DNA of 64,000 bases from a virus, in the IMG/VR virus record IMGVR_UViG_3300037484_000104, positions 1 to 64,000 of that record; one strand, 5' to 3'. Below, one piece after another: positions 11,601 through 21,231 of the stretch. The position numbers and the translations under genes are program-made. The notes under the pieces were generated by a model. That model did no database searches and was not told the DNA's origin. It was given only the letters and a program-made list of their open reading frames with translations. Every line of letters starts with the position of its first letter. The first letter of the stretch is position 1.

Positions 11601-14600
11601 AGATTAGGTATAAATATTAATAAGGAAACTTTAGCATTAGGATCTACTGACATAATTGAAATTGGTAGAGCATCTAATAAAGAAGAGGCTCTATACTTAC
11701 TTATGAGTGCAGACTTATCATACTTATTTAGTAAAGACAGTAGTTTACAAAAACTTGTTAAGGGTGATATTACAGATAATAAGAAAGTTTTATCTAATGA
11801 AAAGATAGTAGATAAACTAGCTGAATTATATGCTATAGTTAATCCCATGGACTTATCTGACACAGTATTAGGGCCAGAAGGTAATAAACACTATAAATAC
11901 TCACTCCCTACTTATGTAACTGATATTGTTAAGAAATTAAGGGAAGATGCTGACTTTAAAGAGAAGCTACTGAAAGATCCTTTTAATAGAGGTTCGTACA
12001 TACTTAATAGTGACACTAGTAATTTATCAATAGGTACATTTAATACTATACTTATTAATAATACTGGAGATGATGGTAGAGATTATTTAGCTATGTCTCC
12101 AACTGAAGACTTCCTATACAAACTTAGCGCCACTAGAGCTGGATACTTTATGTTACCTACTCTTGCAGATAGAAAGACATACCCACCTATTAAAGGAGTT
12201 GAACTTCCTGAGATTAAGTATGAGATAGGTCCAAATGGTCCAGTATTACCTGAATGGGTATTAGATATATACTTTAATTACACTAAAGCTGAGAGAGATA
12301 GGATAACTACTGCTCAACAGTTTATAGAAGATAGTAAAGTATCTGATGAGAAATATAAGTCTCTAAGTGATATACAAAAGAATAGACTATCTTTATATCA
12401 AGAAGGTGGTAAGGAGAAGTATATTGATATAGAAAAATTAGTAGAAAATTACCATTATAAAACTAGTGGTAAGTATGTAATTATTGATGCTAAAGAAAGT
12501 ATATCTAAACCTAATGCTTTACGTCATATCTTATTTCCTTCACTAGAAGGATTAACTGAGGATAAATGGAGATCTAAAATACGGGAGGACTTAGCTAATA
12601 GAATTGATAATACATTTGATGAGGCTAAAGATCTTAATATAATTACTAATAATCAGAATATCCTACTTAATAAAGTTACTGTAGATAAATTAACTAATGA
12701 TTTTAATGGAGATACTAAATTAGCTCTATCTTCAATGATTGCAGATTTTGAGATTAAGACTCAGATTGCTTCTATTGAAACTATGATGTTGTTTATGGGA
12801 GATGTAGCTTTCTACAAATCAGATAAAGAAAGTGGTAGTCCATTTGAAGAATATGTAAAACGTTTATCAGTTGTTACATCTAGCGGTGGATTACTTAGAG
12901 GTGAAGTTCCTGGAGAGTTTGAAAATACTCAATATAATGTAACTACTTTATATGACCAAGAATTAACCAGTGCTTGGTATGATATACTATATAAAAAGCA
13001 AGAAGAGATACTTAACAAGAAATATACTGATAAAGAATATGTTAAGAAGTTATTAACTAACTTACTTAGAGATTATAAAGGTAAGATTAATCCTACAGAT
13101 GCTCAAGTATTTATATCTCCAGAAATGCATAGAGAAATTGCTATACGTAAAGGAGAGTGGTCAGATAAGAAACAAATTGCTTATGAATTATTACAATCAG
13201 ATGAAAAACTTACTCCTGAACAGGAACAAGACTCTCTTAATGTAGTAATGCAACCATTAAAGTATGTTTACTTTGATAGACTATCAGAAGATACTAGTAG
13301 TACAGACTCTTTAATGATACCTACATATGATAAGATGTCTATGGCTACCTTATTCAGACGTTTTACTAAAGGAACTCAATTAGATGAGTTACTGGATAGA
13401 ATGGAAGGAGTAGGTAGATATCAGGGATCTGATAAGATTCACATGGTTAAGTTTGAATCTGCTGTTAAAGTAGGTAAGAGACGTAGAATTAACTTATTAG
13501 AAAATACTGAAGGGGGTAAATTAGATATTATTAAACCTACTAGAATTAGTGATTTATCAAATGCATCTACATATAAACAGAACTTTGAATATTTAAGACA
13601 TCAAGTTGTTACTGATCCTCACGATACAGAAGATACTTTATTTGGATCACAAGTAAAGAAAGTACCTCAAGGCAATGTATTACAGGATGCTGACTACACT
13701 ATAAATGGTGAGTTGGTTAAAGGTAAGGATGTTCTTAATGCTATTAACAAATCTCTAGGATTACTGTCTGATAAAGGTATAAATAAGTTATTAAATAAAT
13801 TAGGTGTAGATAAAGATGGGGTTATAGACGAAGAATTATTCTATAAGACACTGCAGGATGAAGCTACTAAAGCTGGGATGCCTGAAACAGTTCTGGAATA
13901 CCTAAGAAAAGTAGATAATAAAGGTAATCACATTCCTATTGATCTATTACCAGATAGAAAGTGGATATATCAGAGATTGATATCTCTAGTAAATAAACAT
14001 GGGATTGATTTAAAGCTTCCTGGTAATCAGTTAATACAACAATCTGGTTTTGCATCAGGTAATTTAGATTCTACATTTAAAGATAAGAGTAATAACCTTA
14101 GATTCTTATTTAATGATAATGGTGAAATTAAAGGTGTAGAAGCTGCTGTATCTGTGCAACTATTTAAAAGTGTTATTCCTAATTATAAGAATAAATCGTA
14201 TCAAGAAAAAGTAGATTGGTTAAATGCTAATGAAGGTGTACTAGAAGGATTAGGTTATCGTATTCCTACACAAGGTCAGAACTCTACAGTACCTATTACA
14301 GTTGCTCAGTTCTTACCAGAGAATATTGGAGATGTTATAGTCCTACCTAATGAGTTTACAGCACTTACAGGATCTGACTTTGATATAGATAAATTATTCT
14401 TTGTAAGATATAATTATACTACAGATGAAACCGGTAAGGCTAATAAAGTTAATATATCTACTGGCACTACTGAAGAAGCAGTACAAAGTAGGTACCTGAA
14501 TTATATACAAGAAGTAATTGATGATTCACCTAGATTTACTAAAGATGAGGAAATTGCTCTTAGACATCTATATGCTGAGAAATTCAGATTTAGAACTAGA

Positions 14601-17600
14601 AAAGCAGACTTATTTGGTGAAGAAGGTACTTTGTATAAAGTATATCTAGATAGATTTAATAACTTATATTCGGCTATAAACTCTGCATTAAAAGCTAATG
14701 ATCCTGATTCTGCAGCACAGTGGTTAACTGAATATATAGAAGTAAAATCTAAACTTACAGACTTTGATTTCTATAAAGACTCTCTCACTGAGATATATGA
14801 GGATATAAATTTAATAAAAAATAACATAGAGTTAATTAAAGAAACTCTAAAAGATAATGAAGTACTTCCAACAATTGATGACTTTAGGACATGGGGAATT
14901 GAGAAGCAACAGACAAGAAAAGCCTTACAGAATCATTTACTTGATAACTATAGGGGTATTCTTCTTAGTGAGCATAATTTTACTTACGCTAGCACTCCTC
15001 TTGGAATAACAACTAACAAATTAAAGACTTTATCTAGTATTATAACTCCTATTGAAGAAACCAAACCTCTCTGGCAATTGGGTGCTGTAGCACAAGCTAG
15101 GATTAAGTATAAATATTCTGGCGGTAAAGGAGGGACAGGTCCAGAATCTCTTAACAACGTACATCACATTATGTGTCAAGTTGCTGGAGTATCCTTTAAC
15201 TATAACATTGGATTAGGTAAAGTTGATGAAGATGGTAATACATCTCTACATGATATAGATAGTTTACCAGAAGAAGATGGTCAAATAATAGCTATATCAG
15301 ATTGGTTATCAGCTTTGATTGATGCTCACGTTGATATTGCAAAAGACCCTTATATTATTAACTTAAATGTTGTAAGTGATACATATGATGTAGCTAACTT
15401 ATTAGTTCGTATAGGTATGGGATCTAAAACATTTCAATTCTTACCACAACCTATTCTTAAAGAATTAGTTCACGAACTTGATAGTGAAAAAGGTGAGATA
15501 AAAGTATCTAGTGTAACTAAACCTATAGATAAAATTAGAGAGAAATACGAGAAATTAGCTGGGAAAACTAAAGTAGAAAGTGGTTATAATCCTTTCAACG
15601 ATGATTTAGTCGGACTAATTACTATGGATAAATCAGAGAGGAATGAGATGTGGTATGCTAAACAATTAGCGATACTTAATTTATTTGATACTCTAGATAA
15701 AGGTGCTGGTAAACAGTTAAATGGATTAGTAATGTCTTCTAGGGTTGATACTAAGAAGTACGCTACTGATTTAATATCTAATGAATTATATATCCAAGCA
15801 ATGAAGGATATGTATAAGGAAGATAACTTTACTAATTTAGATAAACTACTAGGATTTGATCCAGAAACTGAACTATCTACACAATCTGATTATAGTACAT
15901 TCTTGGGAACATATTATAATAATGGTCCTGCAATGCTAAGACGATTATTTGGTAATAAGAGTATTACTGGTACTAAATCATTTCAAACCGCTCTCTATAG
16001 AATAGGTAATTTAGCTGGTATAACTAAGTTTACTAAAGATAGGAAGGGTAAGTTAAATAGGATTGGTGATGAAATATACTCAGCGTTAATGGGTAAGTTC
16101 TTTACAGAAGAAATAGGATTAACTGAGGATGATGTAAAAACTATCATGACTAGTGTCCCAGCTTTTGTAAGAGATATAAAGACTAAACATCCCGAACTAT
16201 CTGATAATGTATTAATGGAATCACTTGTAAAAGGATTAGAAACAGTTGATGATCTAACTTTTACTGGTATACCTTCTATTAAATCTGATGACAATAGAGA
16301 GGATTATATGTATGCTTGGAAAGAATTACTACAATCTAATAATAAAGATGTAGTAAGTTTTGCTAAAAGATTATATGTATACTCATATTTCACATCTGGA
16401 TATAAACAAGGGTTATTTAGTTTATTCCAATATGTACCTGCTGAACTACATGTTAAGTTTAGAATGAATGAGCAGGAAGTTAGTTTTAAGGACTACACTA
16501 CTAAGTTATTAGATACAATGAATAATGAGGAACAAGGTGCTATAGAATTACTTGGGATGTCAGATACTATCTTTAAGAACAACTGGATGAATACTATGTT
16601 TACTCCAAAGGTATATGAGAGAGCAATAAGTTCTCCAATAACTGTAGGTAAAGACAAGGATAAACAAACTATTGTATCTACCATATTTACTAGAAAGAAG
16701 AATAGTAAGACCAGTAAATGGGATGTAAATGTTAAACAAGTTGGTGAAAACTCTATGGGAGATCCTATATATCAACCTTATATACTATATCAAATTGATA
16801 AGGATATGAGTATGTTGCTGGAATATATTGGTTATATCAATGATAAGTGGAGAACTCCTGTATATAAAACTGTACACAAGTTAGGTTATAATAATAAAGG
16901 TAGAAGAATTGTTGAATATGGGTTCACTAAATCTATAATTAAACGTAATAATAGTATTAAGACATTAGATGATGATAAGATTATGAAGTTAATGAAAGAT
17001 ATGAGTAGTTATAGTGATTTCGTATATATACCTATTGAGAATAGAGGAATTGTAGAAAAGCCTGTTATAGACTCACCACAAGTAAATACTACTGAAAAGA
17101 CTTATACTGTCACTGAAGAGTTAAAAACGTATAGTGGTCCTATAAATAGCCTTAAATCGAATCAGATATTCGTATTTGGTTCTAACACAGAAGGTAGACA
17201 TGGGAAAGGAGCCGCACTAACTGCTAAACAAAAGTTTGGAGCAATTTATGGACAATCAGAAGGATTACAGGGACAATCGTTTGCTATTATAACAAAGGAT
17301 TTAACTAAGACTGTTCATCCAAGTAGATCTGAGGATCAAATAAAAGAACAGATTTCTAAACTCTATGAATTTGCTAAACAAAATCCGACTAAGGAATTAA
17401 TGGTAGCTTACTCTGGAGAGGGAACTAACTTAAATGCATACACTCCACAAGAAATGGCTAACATATTTGGTTTGTTTAGTATCCCAAATAACGTTATATT
17501 TGAAGAGAAATTCGCTAAGTTAATACCTAATACCACTGAAGATAGATCGTTGAATGTAGGGGCTGAAAATAGCCTAGAATCAAGTCCTATTACTCAAGAA

Positions 17601-17702
17601 CAACTAGATCCTATTAATGACAAATTAGAAGTTCCTATTACAATGGATGAATGGAATAATATGACAAAAGATGAACAAGATAACCTATTAAACTGCTTAT
17701 AA
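5679..17702 (+). CDS. Giant virion-packaged DNA-dependent RNA polymerase (crAss-like) with zincin motif and C-terminal macrodomain-like region
   Basis: 4007 aa. GYRIPTQG and TGSDFDIDK catalytic motif (14376-14390); HEAFH zincin motif (10113-10127); FVFGSN.EGRHG.GAA domain at about 17160-17520. Confidence 0.9.
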   Translation: MPNTIDPITGLQEHIFTDENNERTYDPILGPSYSYYPTEETGNQLGSKYDESIQPFVDLEKTRGDRQSTFAQFSSAIQQAAVGEVLGGTIEGLGYLLDVEQYSNLAKGTEQEFGNWFSDLGKGLRTWSEEATPIYKTYEDGEFAPNKASWWMSNIPSVASTLSLIIPSAGVVRGLSLLGKATKIGEEMGLATRWAAKGLTQAVVSRHMENMMAASGTFNELYEDGISKGMSKEDATKLAANGAANTYQMDWVMLAQDLPQYLLLNRSFSKASLDNTIATARAMGKSVAPVFGKKGAAITWDMLTEGGEEAYQYIVGEEAKYQAQKAFDPSIESSFSDRLSNYTKNGELWTSAFFGALGAGVTQTAGKAINKLTQGIKDPRVEDIQSWGSQFSYWNQRLKEAQESEDGLSERYIKDNLWSTIGTKAASVGNTRNAMDFLEAMQKPTQEDLETFGVNEDDLKVFKSEIPKGVEQLKRIGELYNFNSRKYEPNRAALVTQLQSQLENGVKHREELSNRVNQKRQQLNYLDDLYKTPFISEYVTNKTELINLKKSIKLFEKLSTKDNIPEREKIAYTDALNRSKKELEVVTTKVKELRSAFDSKIEKGDTQEIKDTKKAKQEILEQIDKITAPALDEYMSTKQQLDLFDNHIKSLQNSLFDIENGKSISTEKERANYEEQKATEKAEAKEYLPTIDDLVQDDQGTYKVTSENDEDDTIELHLLDEKGEMISGAATKVVPRSSVDLYAKKGDKEAPDSIEPINDIDIPTNIRNIDYEPKRGLKSVVEAITYRGANYNEQLGKFITDTRNQELDNYVSNPSNKLEGDEVSMFIDTKTTFSRFWNINKVIKYKLDKGEFLTPDEANKLLNSLHLVAGKEVFDQVVDKMPIGIVYKTNEGKEFKDGIYYHDTDYVDKHLIVPSKEKDPIAYKNKERELVRDTRKKILYSLLTGNNVVMSNIKRTQGVPNNTKNINNIATILKQDPNKVEIGIVDSTNKAWVSDGNYLSSGKLPYMGYSGNIMFTTDKTCDGTKGAIKANIAKLTPEHAAILWDAIYLKNKKGSGGNQAQFIRDDIKNLTVGEAINLLALYGPITNLSHPSNAEKNMQHLENKQLYVEKGFLHFGTNVINLSGLYKGLGDINKDRTRFIEWATNNKNYSVSKKPFGKIGPTINSPINREYKLGSWEATKNDTQAGILIKHMALTTDVEEFENTGSLYHAPVVIIDPKSLKSIPGSTTKKTQAKATTQVNTIQAKESSKPTTKVKPNLNGLTIIKDKNTDLDTDIIANLSDESVIYNITNTSYEVKSGVYETETKQDKLFEIQNGKFVLYSKSLRDTLGLDIKGESEEVEMSDTNITRINRFLSRQVNVQVDTKNTKENIIEEVKELPKVESNEVIKPEDYDPTLTFENKGGFGSALADMLVPSTTPVKYTKWNQKKELGWLSDKLGDVPVEVIDGLIYIAKGNKKAFGQLQRDSILLSNVALQGTTYHEAFHRVSMLYLEESARQSMYNEARIKYKLKDSTDRKVEEFLAEEFRNYVITQEQLGVVGKVAKFFKELYQLVKLIFTGTNSLEQSDIDKLFNNIQKGKFKYNKVLSDNLKKWIDNPNLEYRDIQLDQIDSYKHFKQIIKGLSAELLSGVRSKLFKEATSKYEVIGVIDSVEQINFDKLKSDIQTGQIGHYTKLAKNRLYELDMITKGQISPELASLLKDRYKVSDMNQIKENLSQEASNATKIKDLYKEVIDHYDDIYKPAITDYIYSELSIKKLNDESQDEEVGNEIVKYDKSSYEFSAKDNMQSSIKFLVSNLKLSDTRNTVTGLVEIAPMGEVWSKLLTNLSHLDTVEDMIKVLDIIGDTNAYQPYKDLSKYLKMSSELTRTQFQTTMKQHRHNFINTIVEVTDNDGQLNYEFRFMDADLHSASRMLLKEWTENFIKSDFFSQDKFNDKLFKKLQSDYDSAVKELREDIKGSIELDQTTYNDHLNRFTELFNRLGININKETLALGSTDIIEIGRASNKEEALYLLMSADLSYLFSKDSSLQKLVKGDITDNKKVLSNEKIVDKLAELYAIVNPMDLSDTVLGPEGNKHYKYSLPTYVTDIVKKLREDADFKEKLLKDPFNRGSYILNSDTSNLSIGTFNTILINNTGDDGRDYLAMSPTEDFLYKLSATRAGYFMLPTLADRKTYPPIKGVELPEIKYEIGPNGPVLPEWVLDIYFNYTKAERDRITTAQQFIEDSKVSDEKYKSLSDIQKNRLSLYQEGGKEKYIDIEKLVENYHYKTSGKYVIIDAKESISKPNALRHILFPSLEGLTEDKWRSKIREDLANRIDNTFDEAKDLNIITNNQNILLNKVTVDKLTNDFNGDTKLALSSMIADFEIKTQIASIETMMLFMGDVAFYKSDKESGSPFEEYVKRLSVVTSSGGLLRGEVPGEFENTQYNVTTLYDQELTSAWYDILYKKQEEILNKKYTDKEYVKKLLTNLLRDYKGKINPTDAQVFISPEMHREIAIRKGEWSDKKQIAYELLQSDEKLTPEQEQDSLNVVMQPLKYVYFDRLSEDTSSTDSLMIPTYDKMSMATLFRRFTKGTQLDELLDRMEGVGRYQGSDKIHMVKFESAVKVGKRRRINLLENTEGGKLDIIKPTRISDLSNASTYKQNFEYLRHQVVTDPHDTEDTLFGSQVKKVPQGNVLQDADYTINGELVKGKDVLNAINKSLGLLSDKGINKLLNKLGVDKDGVIDEELFYKTLQDEATKAGMPETVLEYLRKVDNKGNHIPIDLLPDRKWIYQRLISLVNKHGIDLKLPGNQLIQQSGFASGNLDSTFKDKSNNLRFLFNDNGEIKGVEAAVSVQLFKSVIPNYKNKSYQEKVDWLNANEGVLEGLGYRIPTQGQNSTVPITVAQFLPENIGDVIVLPNEFTALTGSDFDIDKLFFVRYNYTTDETGKANKVNISTGTTEEAVQSRYLNYIQEVIDDSPRFTKDEEIALRHLYAEKFRFRTRKADLFGEEGTLYKVYLDRFNNLYSAINSALKANDPDSAAQWLTEYIEVKSKLTDFDFYKDSLTEIYEDINLIKNNIELIKETLKDNEVLPTIDDFRTWGIEKQQTRKALQNHLLDNYRGILLSEHNFTYASTPLGITTNKLKTLSSIITPIEETKPLWQLGAVAQARIKYKYSGGKGGTGPESLNNVHHIMCQVAGVSFNYNIGLGKVDEDGNTSLHDIDSLPEEDGQIIAISDWLSALIDAHVDIAKDPYIINLNVVSDTYDVANLLVRIGMGSKTFQFLPQPILKELVHELDSEKGEIKVSSVTKPIDKIREKYEKLAGKTKVESGYNPFNDDLVGLITMDKSERNEMWYAKQLAILNLFDTLDKGAGKQLNGLVMSSRVDTKKYATDLISNELYIQAMKDMYKEDNFTNLDKLLGFDPETELSTQSDYSTFLGTYYNNGPAMLRRLFGNKSITGTKSFQTALYRIGNLAGITKFTKDRKGKLNRIGDEIYSALMGKFFTEEIGLTEDDVKTIMTSVPAFVRDIKTKHPELSDNVLMESLVKGLETVDDLTFTGIPSIKSDDNREDYMYAWKELLQSNNKDVVSFAKRLYVYSYFTSGYKQGLFSLFQYVPAELHVKFRMNEQEVSFKDYTTKLLDTMNNEEQGAIELLGMSDTIFKNNWMNTMFTPKVYERAISSPITVGKDKDKQTIVSTIFTRKKNSKTSKWDVNVKQVGENSMGDPIYQPYILYQIDKDMSMLLEYIGYINDKWRTPVYKTVHKLGYNNKGRRIVEYGFTKSIIKRNNSIKTLDDDKIMKLMKDMSSYSDFVYIPIENRGIVEKPVIDSPQVNTTEKTYTVTEELKTYSGPINSLKSNQIFVFGSNTEGRHGKGAALTAKQKFGAIYGQSEGLQGQSFAIITKDLTKTVHPSRSEDQIKEQISKLYEFAKQNPTKELMVAYSGEGTNLNAYTPQEMANIFGLFSIPNNVIFEEKFAKLIPNTTEDRSLNVGAENSLESSPITQEQLDPINDKLEVPITMDEWNNMTKDEQDNLLNCL

Positions 17703-17703
17703 T

Positions 17704-20700
17704 ATGACTAAATGTATCAACAAATCAAATCCTGACTTTATTGAACTAGTTAGACAATCTGGTTTAAATCCAGCTATATTAGCAGCTAAGATGGGTGCAT
17801 ATATGACATCCAAAAATACTGATGAATGGCCTAGTTTGGAAGAATTAGGTATTGCTCCAGCTATTAACCCTATTAGTCTAGAAGAAGTATTAGAAAAATA
17901 TCCTGAATTAACAGAAACTACTACAGAGGAAGAGACTCTTATTTCAGATTTAGCTAATCCAGATAGACTCACAGCTCTTAAAGAACAAATGATTAAGTCA
18001 TTAGAAGCTAGATATGAAAGGAATAGACGATTTAAGAATGCTTCTAGAGATGATCTTATTAAACAAGAAGAACTTATTAAAAAGATTAGTGAGTTAGAGA
18101 CTAAACAATCTATTGCTTTATTTATAGAACAAGCTAGTCAGTCCACTAATAAAGTATTTAATACTTGGAAAGATCAATATAGAGATAAAGTAAATGCTAT
18201 AATTAGTGGGAAATCTGATAAATCCCTTAAAGATGTACTTAAGCCAGGGTTATTATACATATGGAAAGATTATATATCTACATATGATGATATGGATGAC
18301 TATGTTAATTATATGACAGAAAACGGGTTAATTGACATAGATTCCGAAGAACATAAGAAACTATTACTAGTAAGTAAGAAAAAAGATACTATTAAGTCAT
18401 TATACACTACATATGGGCAACAGATATTAGCTGAGGAATTAACTCCTTATTATAATGAGATTTATAAGAAGTTTGAGAATAACAAACGTAAAGTATATAG
18501 GTCATTACCAGAAGTTGAAAAAACTAAGTATACTGAAGAACAGTATATAGATATGCAGAAAGATCTAGAAGCTACTAACCTTAGACAACAGACTATTAAT
18601 CTATTACAAGGAGAACTTATTACAGCATCTAAAGATATAGGTTATATGACTAGATGGTTTGCTAGTGCATTAGAAACTAGTGACCCTATATTCGCAGCAT
18701 TAGTAGAGAAGTTTCAGTTTAAAGAAATAGAACGTAGAACTGAGAAGATATTACCTATGAGAGAAAAGTTAGTTCATTCTCTTCGTAGATTGGAAGAATA
18801 TGCTAAAAGTAAAACTAACTTTAAACAGTTATATAATTCTATCTTAGAAAAAGATGAGAAAGGTAATTTAACTGGTAAACACGTTGATCGTTTTGGTAGT
18901 GCCTTCTGGAGTGCATATGATAAATTTAAAGCAGATACTGCTGCTAATATTAAATTAGACGATGATGAGAAGGGTAAGGAGATTAAAGCTTGGTTAAATA
19001 AGAATGCTCCTATTAGACGTATAGACTTTAATAAAGATAAGTGGATTAATATAGATGCTCTTTATAAAAAAGGAGTAATATCTGATGAAGAATTAGCTGT
19101 ATTAGAAGAGAACGAAATGACATATGATTTCCAATCTTACTGGGATCTAAAGGAATCTGGACGATTAAGTGCTGAAACATCTAAAATTCTATCTGATTGG
19201 CAATTTGATAATATATGGAATTACAGAGATCCAGATGCTAAATGGTCTAATAAAAATAAGTCATGGTATGAGTTTAAACGATTACCAAAACATGATTCAG
19301 CAGTAGAATTATTTGATTTATTACTGGAGATTAAGAACGAAGCAAATGAGTTACTTCCTCCTTCAATGAGATTAAAACATGGGGATTTACCAAATATACT
19401 CGCTAGTAATGAGGAAAGATTAGTTGATGGGGATGTAATGGGAGCATTTAAGAATGCTATAGCTAGACAACTTGATGTTCTAGTTGACGATGATACTAGA
19501 GGTAATCAACCTTTAGAAGATGCTCAAGGTAATAAGATACACATGGTTCCTATCTATTATACTGGTAAAACTAATACTAAAGTAGGCGATGAATGGAAGT
19601 ATGACCCGACTAAACAATCTTATGATTTAGCTAGCATATTCTTTAGATATTACGACATGGCTACTCTACATAACATTAGAAATGAGATGAAGGTGGAGGC
19701 TGAAATGGCTAAGTATTTTGTTCAAAATAGAGATATAACTTTAATTGATGATAAAGGTAATCCTGTTAAGAAAACAAAAGGTCAGGTAACTAAGGGTACT
19801 AATCAAACTCAAGAAAAACTTAAGAATAGAGTAGCTGAACAACTAACTGATTGGATAGAAGAAAATATATATGGTATTAAAGAATTAGGTCTAGGTCAAG
19901 CTAATATCCTTGGATTAAAGGTTGATAATGCTAGGGTAGCTAAATTATTAAGTAAGTATACCTCACTTAGTGTAATGGCTTTAAACTTTAAAACTGCTGT
20001 ATCCAACGTAATGATGGGTGAGATGCAACAAATAGGTGAGTCATTTGCTGGTCAACATATGACAAAGAAATCACTTCATAAAGCTACTATAATGTATGAT
20101 AAGAATTTTGCTGGAATAGTTGCTGATACTACATCTAGACTTCCTAAAAATATAGTTTCTTTATTAGATGAAGAATTTCAAATTAGTATGGAATCATTAG
20201 ATCCTAAGTTTAAAGATAGTAATAGAATTAAACAAGTTGCTAAAACTAGTTCCTTATATGTAATGCTTAGAATGGGTGATCACTGGATGAAAAATAGATT
20301 CTTCTTAGGTATGTTAAATGAGAAGAAAGCTTATGATAAGAATGGGGTAGAATTAGGTAGTATGCTAGATATGTATACTGCTAAAGATGGTAAGTTAGTA
20401 TTAAATGATAAAGTTGATTTAGGCAAATCTAAATGGAATAAGGAAGATAAATATAGGTTTACTATGAAAGTACAGGGTATACTATCTGGTATACATCAGG
20501 AAATATCCCCATTAGGTAGAGCTGCTGCTGAACGTAATGCTCTGTTAGGATTAGCTTTACTATTCCGTAAATTTATTGCACCAGGTGTATCACGTAGATA
20601 TAAGAAGAAATCTTATGTAGAACGAGTAGGTGATTACACTGAAGGATATTATAGAACTACAGGTAGATTCTTTAATAACATAAGAAAAGAACTTAAAATT

Positions 20701-21153
20701 TACAAATTTGCTGTGTTATCAGAAAATTGGAGTAGGTTAACTAAAGAAGAGAAGTCTAATATAATTCGTACAGCTAATGATGTAGCTTTCTTAGCAATGG
20801 CTATAGCAATGACTGTATTACTATCTGGTGGAGACGATGATGACGATAATGCTTGGATTACAGATTTTACTATTTATCAGATGACAAGATTCCAAACAGA
20901 AATCTTATTCTTTACACCAAAAATTGATGAAACAATGACGTTACTTAGATCACCATTTGCATCACTGCAAGTAGTAGAAAATATAGGTAAGTTATTATAT
21001 CAATTATCTGATAATCCAACTGAAGTATATGTGAGAGGACCTTGGAAGGGACGACTTAAAATAGAGAAACCATTCTTTAGTTTAATACCAGTTATGAAAG
21101 GATTTTATTCAACTAGAGATATTAAAGAACAAACTAAGTTCTTAAACCAATAA
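17704..21153 (+). CDS. Large virion cargo/ejection protein with C-terminal hydrophobic segment
   Basis: 1149 aa, mostly helical. VAFLAMAIAMTVLL followed by GGDDDDD; last gene of the late module, as in crAss-like phages. Confidence 0.6.
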   Translation: MTKCINKSNPDFIELVRQSGLNPAILAAKMGAYMTSKNTDEWPSLEELGIAPAINPISLEEVLEKYPELTETTTEEETLISDLANPDRLTALKEQMIKSLEARYERNRRFKNASRDDLIKQEELIKKISELETKQSIALFIEQASQSTNKVFNTWKDQYRDKVNAIISGKSDKSLKDVLKPGLLYIWKDYISTYDDMDDYVNYMTENGLIDIDSEEHKKLLLVSKKKDTIKSLYTTYGQQILAEELTPYYNEIYKKFENNKRKVYRSLPEVEKTKYTEEQYIDMQKDLEATNLRQQTINLLQGELITASKDIGYMTRWFASALETSDPIFAALVEKFQFKEIERRTEKILPMREKLVHSLRRLEEYAKSKTNFKQLYNSILEKDEKGNLTGKHVDRFGSAFWSAYDKFKADTAANIKLDDDEKGKEIKAWLNKNAPIRRIDFNKDKWINIDALYKKGVISDEELAVLEENEMTYDFQSYWDLKESGRLSAETSKILSDWQFDNIWNYRDPDAKWSNKNKSWYEFKRLPKHDSAVELFDLLLEIKNEANELLPPSMRLKHGDLPNILASNEERLVDGDVMGAFKNAIARQLDVLVDDDTRGNQPLEDAQGNKIHMVPIYYTGKTNTKVGDEWKYDPTKQSYDLASIFFRYYDMATLHNIRNEMKVEAEMAKYFVQNRDITLIDDKGNPVKKTKGQVTKGTNQTQEKLKNRVAEQLTDWIEENIYGIKELGLGQANILGLKVDNARVAKLLSKYTSLSVMALNFKTAVSNVMMGEMQQIGESFAGQHMTKKSLHKATIMYDKNFAGIVADTTSRLPKNIVSLLDEEFQISMESLDPKFKDSNRIKQVAKTSSLYVMLRMGDHWMKNRFFLGMLNEKKAYDKNGVELGSMLDMYTAKDGKLVLNDKVDLGKSKWNKEDKYRFTMKVQGILSGIHQEISPLGRAAAERNALLGLALLFRKFIAPGVSRRYKKKSYVERVGDYTEGYYRTTGRFFNNIRKELKIYKFAVLSENWSRLTKEEKSNIIRTANDVAFLAMAIAMTVLLSGGDDDDDNAWITDFTIYQMTRFQTEILFFTPKIDETMTLLRSPFASLQVVENIGKLLYQLSDNPTEVYVRGPWKGRLKIEKPFFSLIPVMKGFYSTRDIKEQTKFLNQ

Positions 21154-21173
21154 GACAAACTTTATAAAATGAT

Positions 21174-21210
21174 AAAGGGATTACTGCCTCAACACAGTAG
21201 TCCCTTTTTT
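21174..21210. terminator. Intrinsic terminator between convergent late and replication modules (likely bidirectional)
   Basis: AAAGGGATTACTG-loop-CAGTAGTCCCTTT followed by a T-tract, at the strand convergence. Confidence 0.8.
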
Positions 21211-21231
21211 ATTTAACTTAATCTTCAATCT

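Noticed and set aside
1407-17972. Short minus-strand ORFs inside the late genes
   Set aside because: Antisense shadows of long, codon-biased + strand genes.
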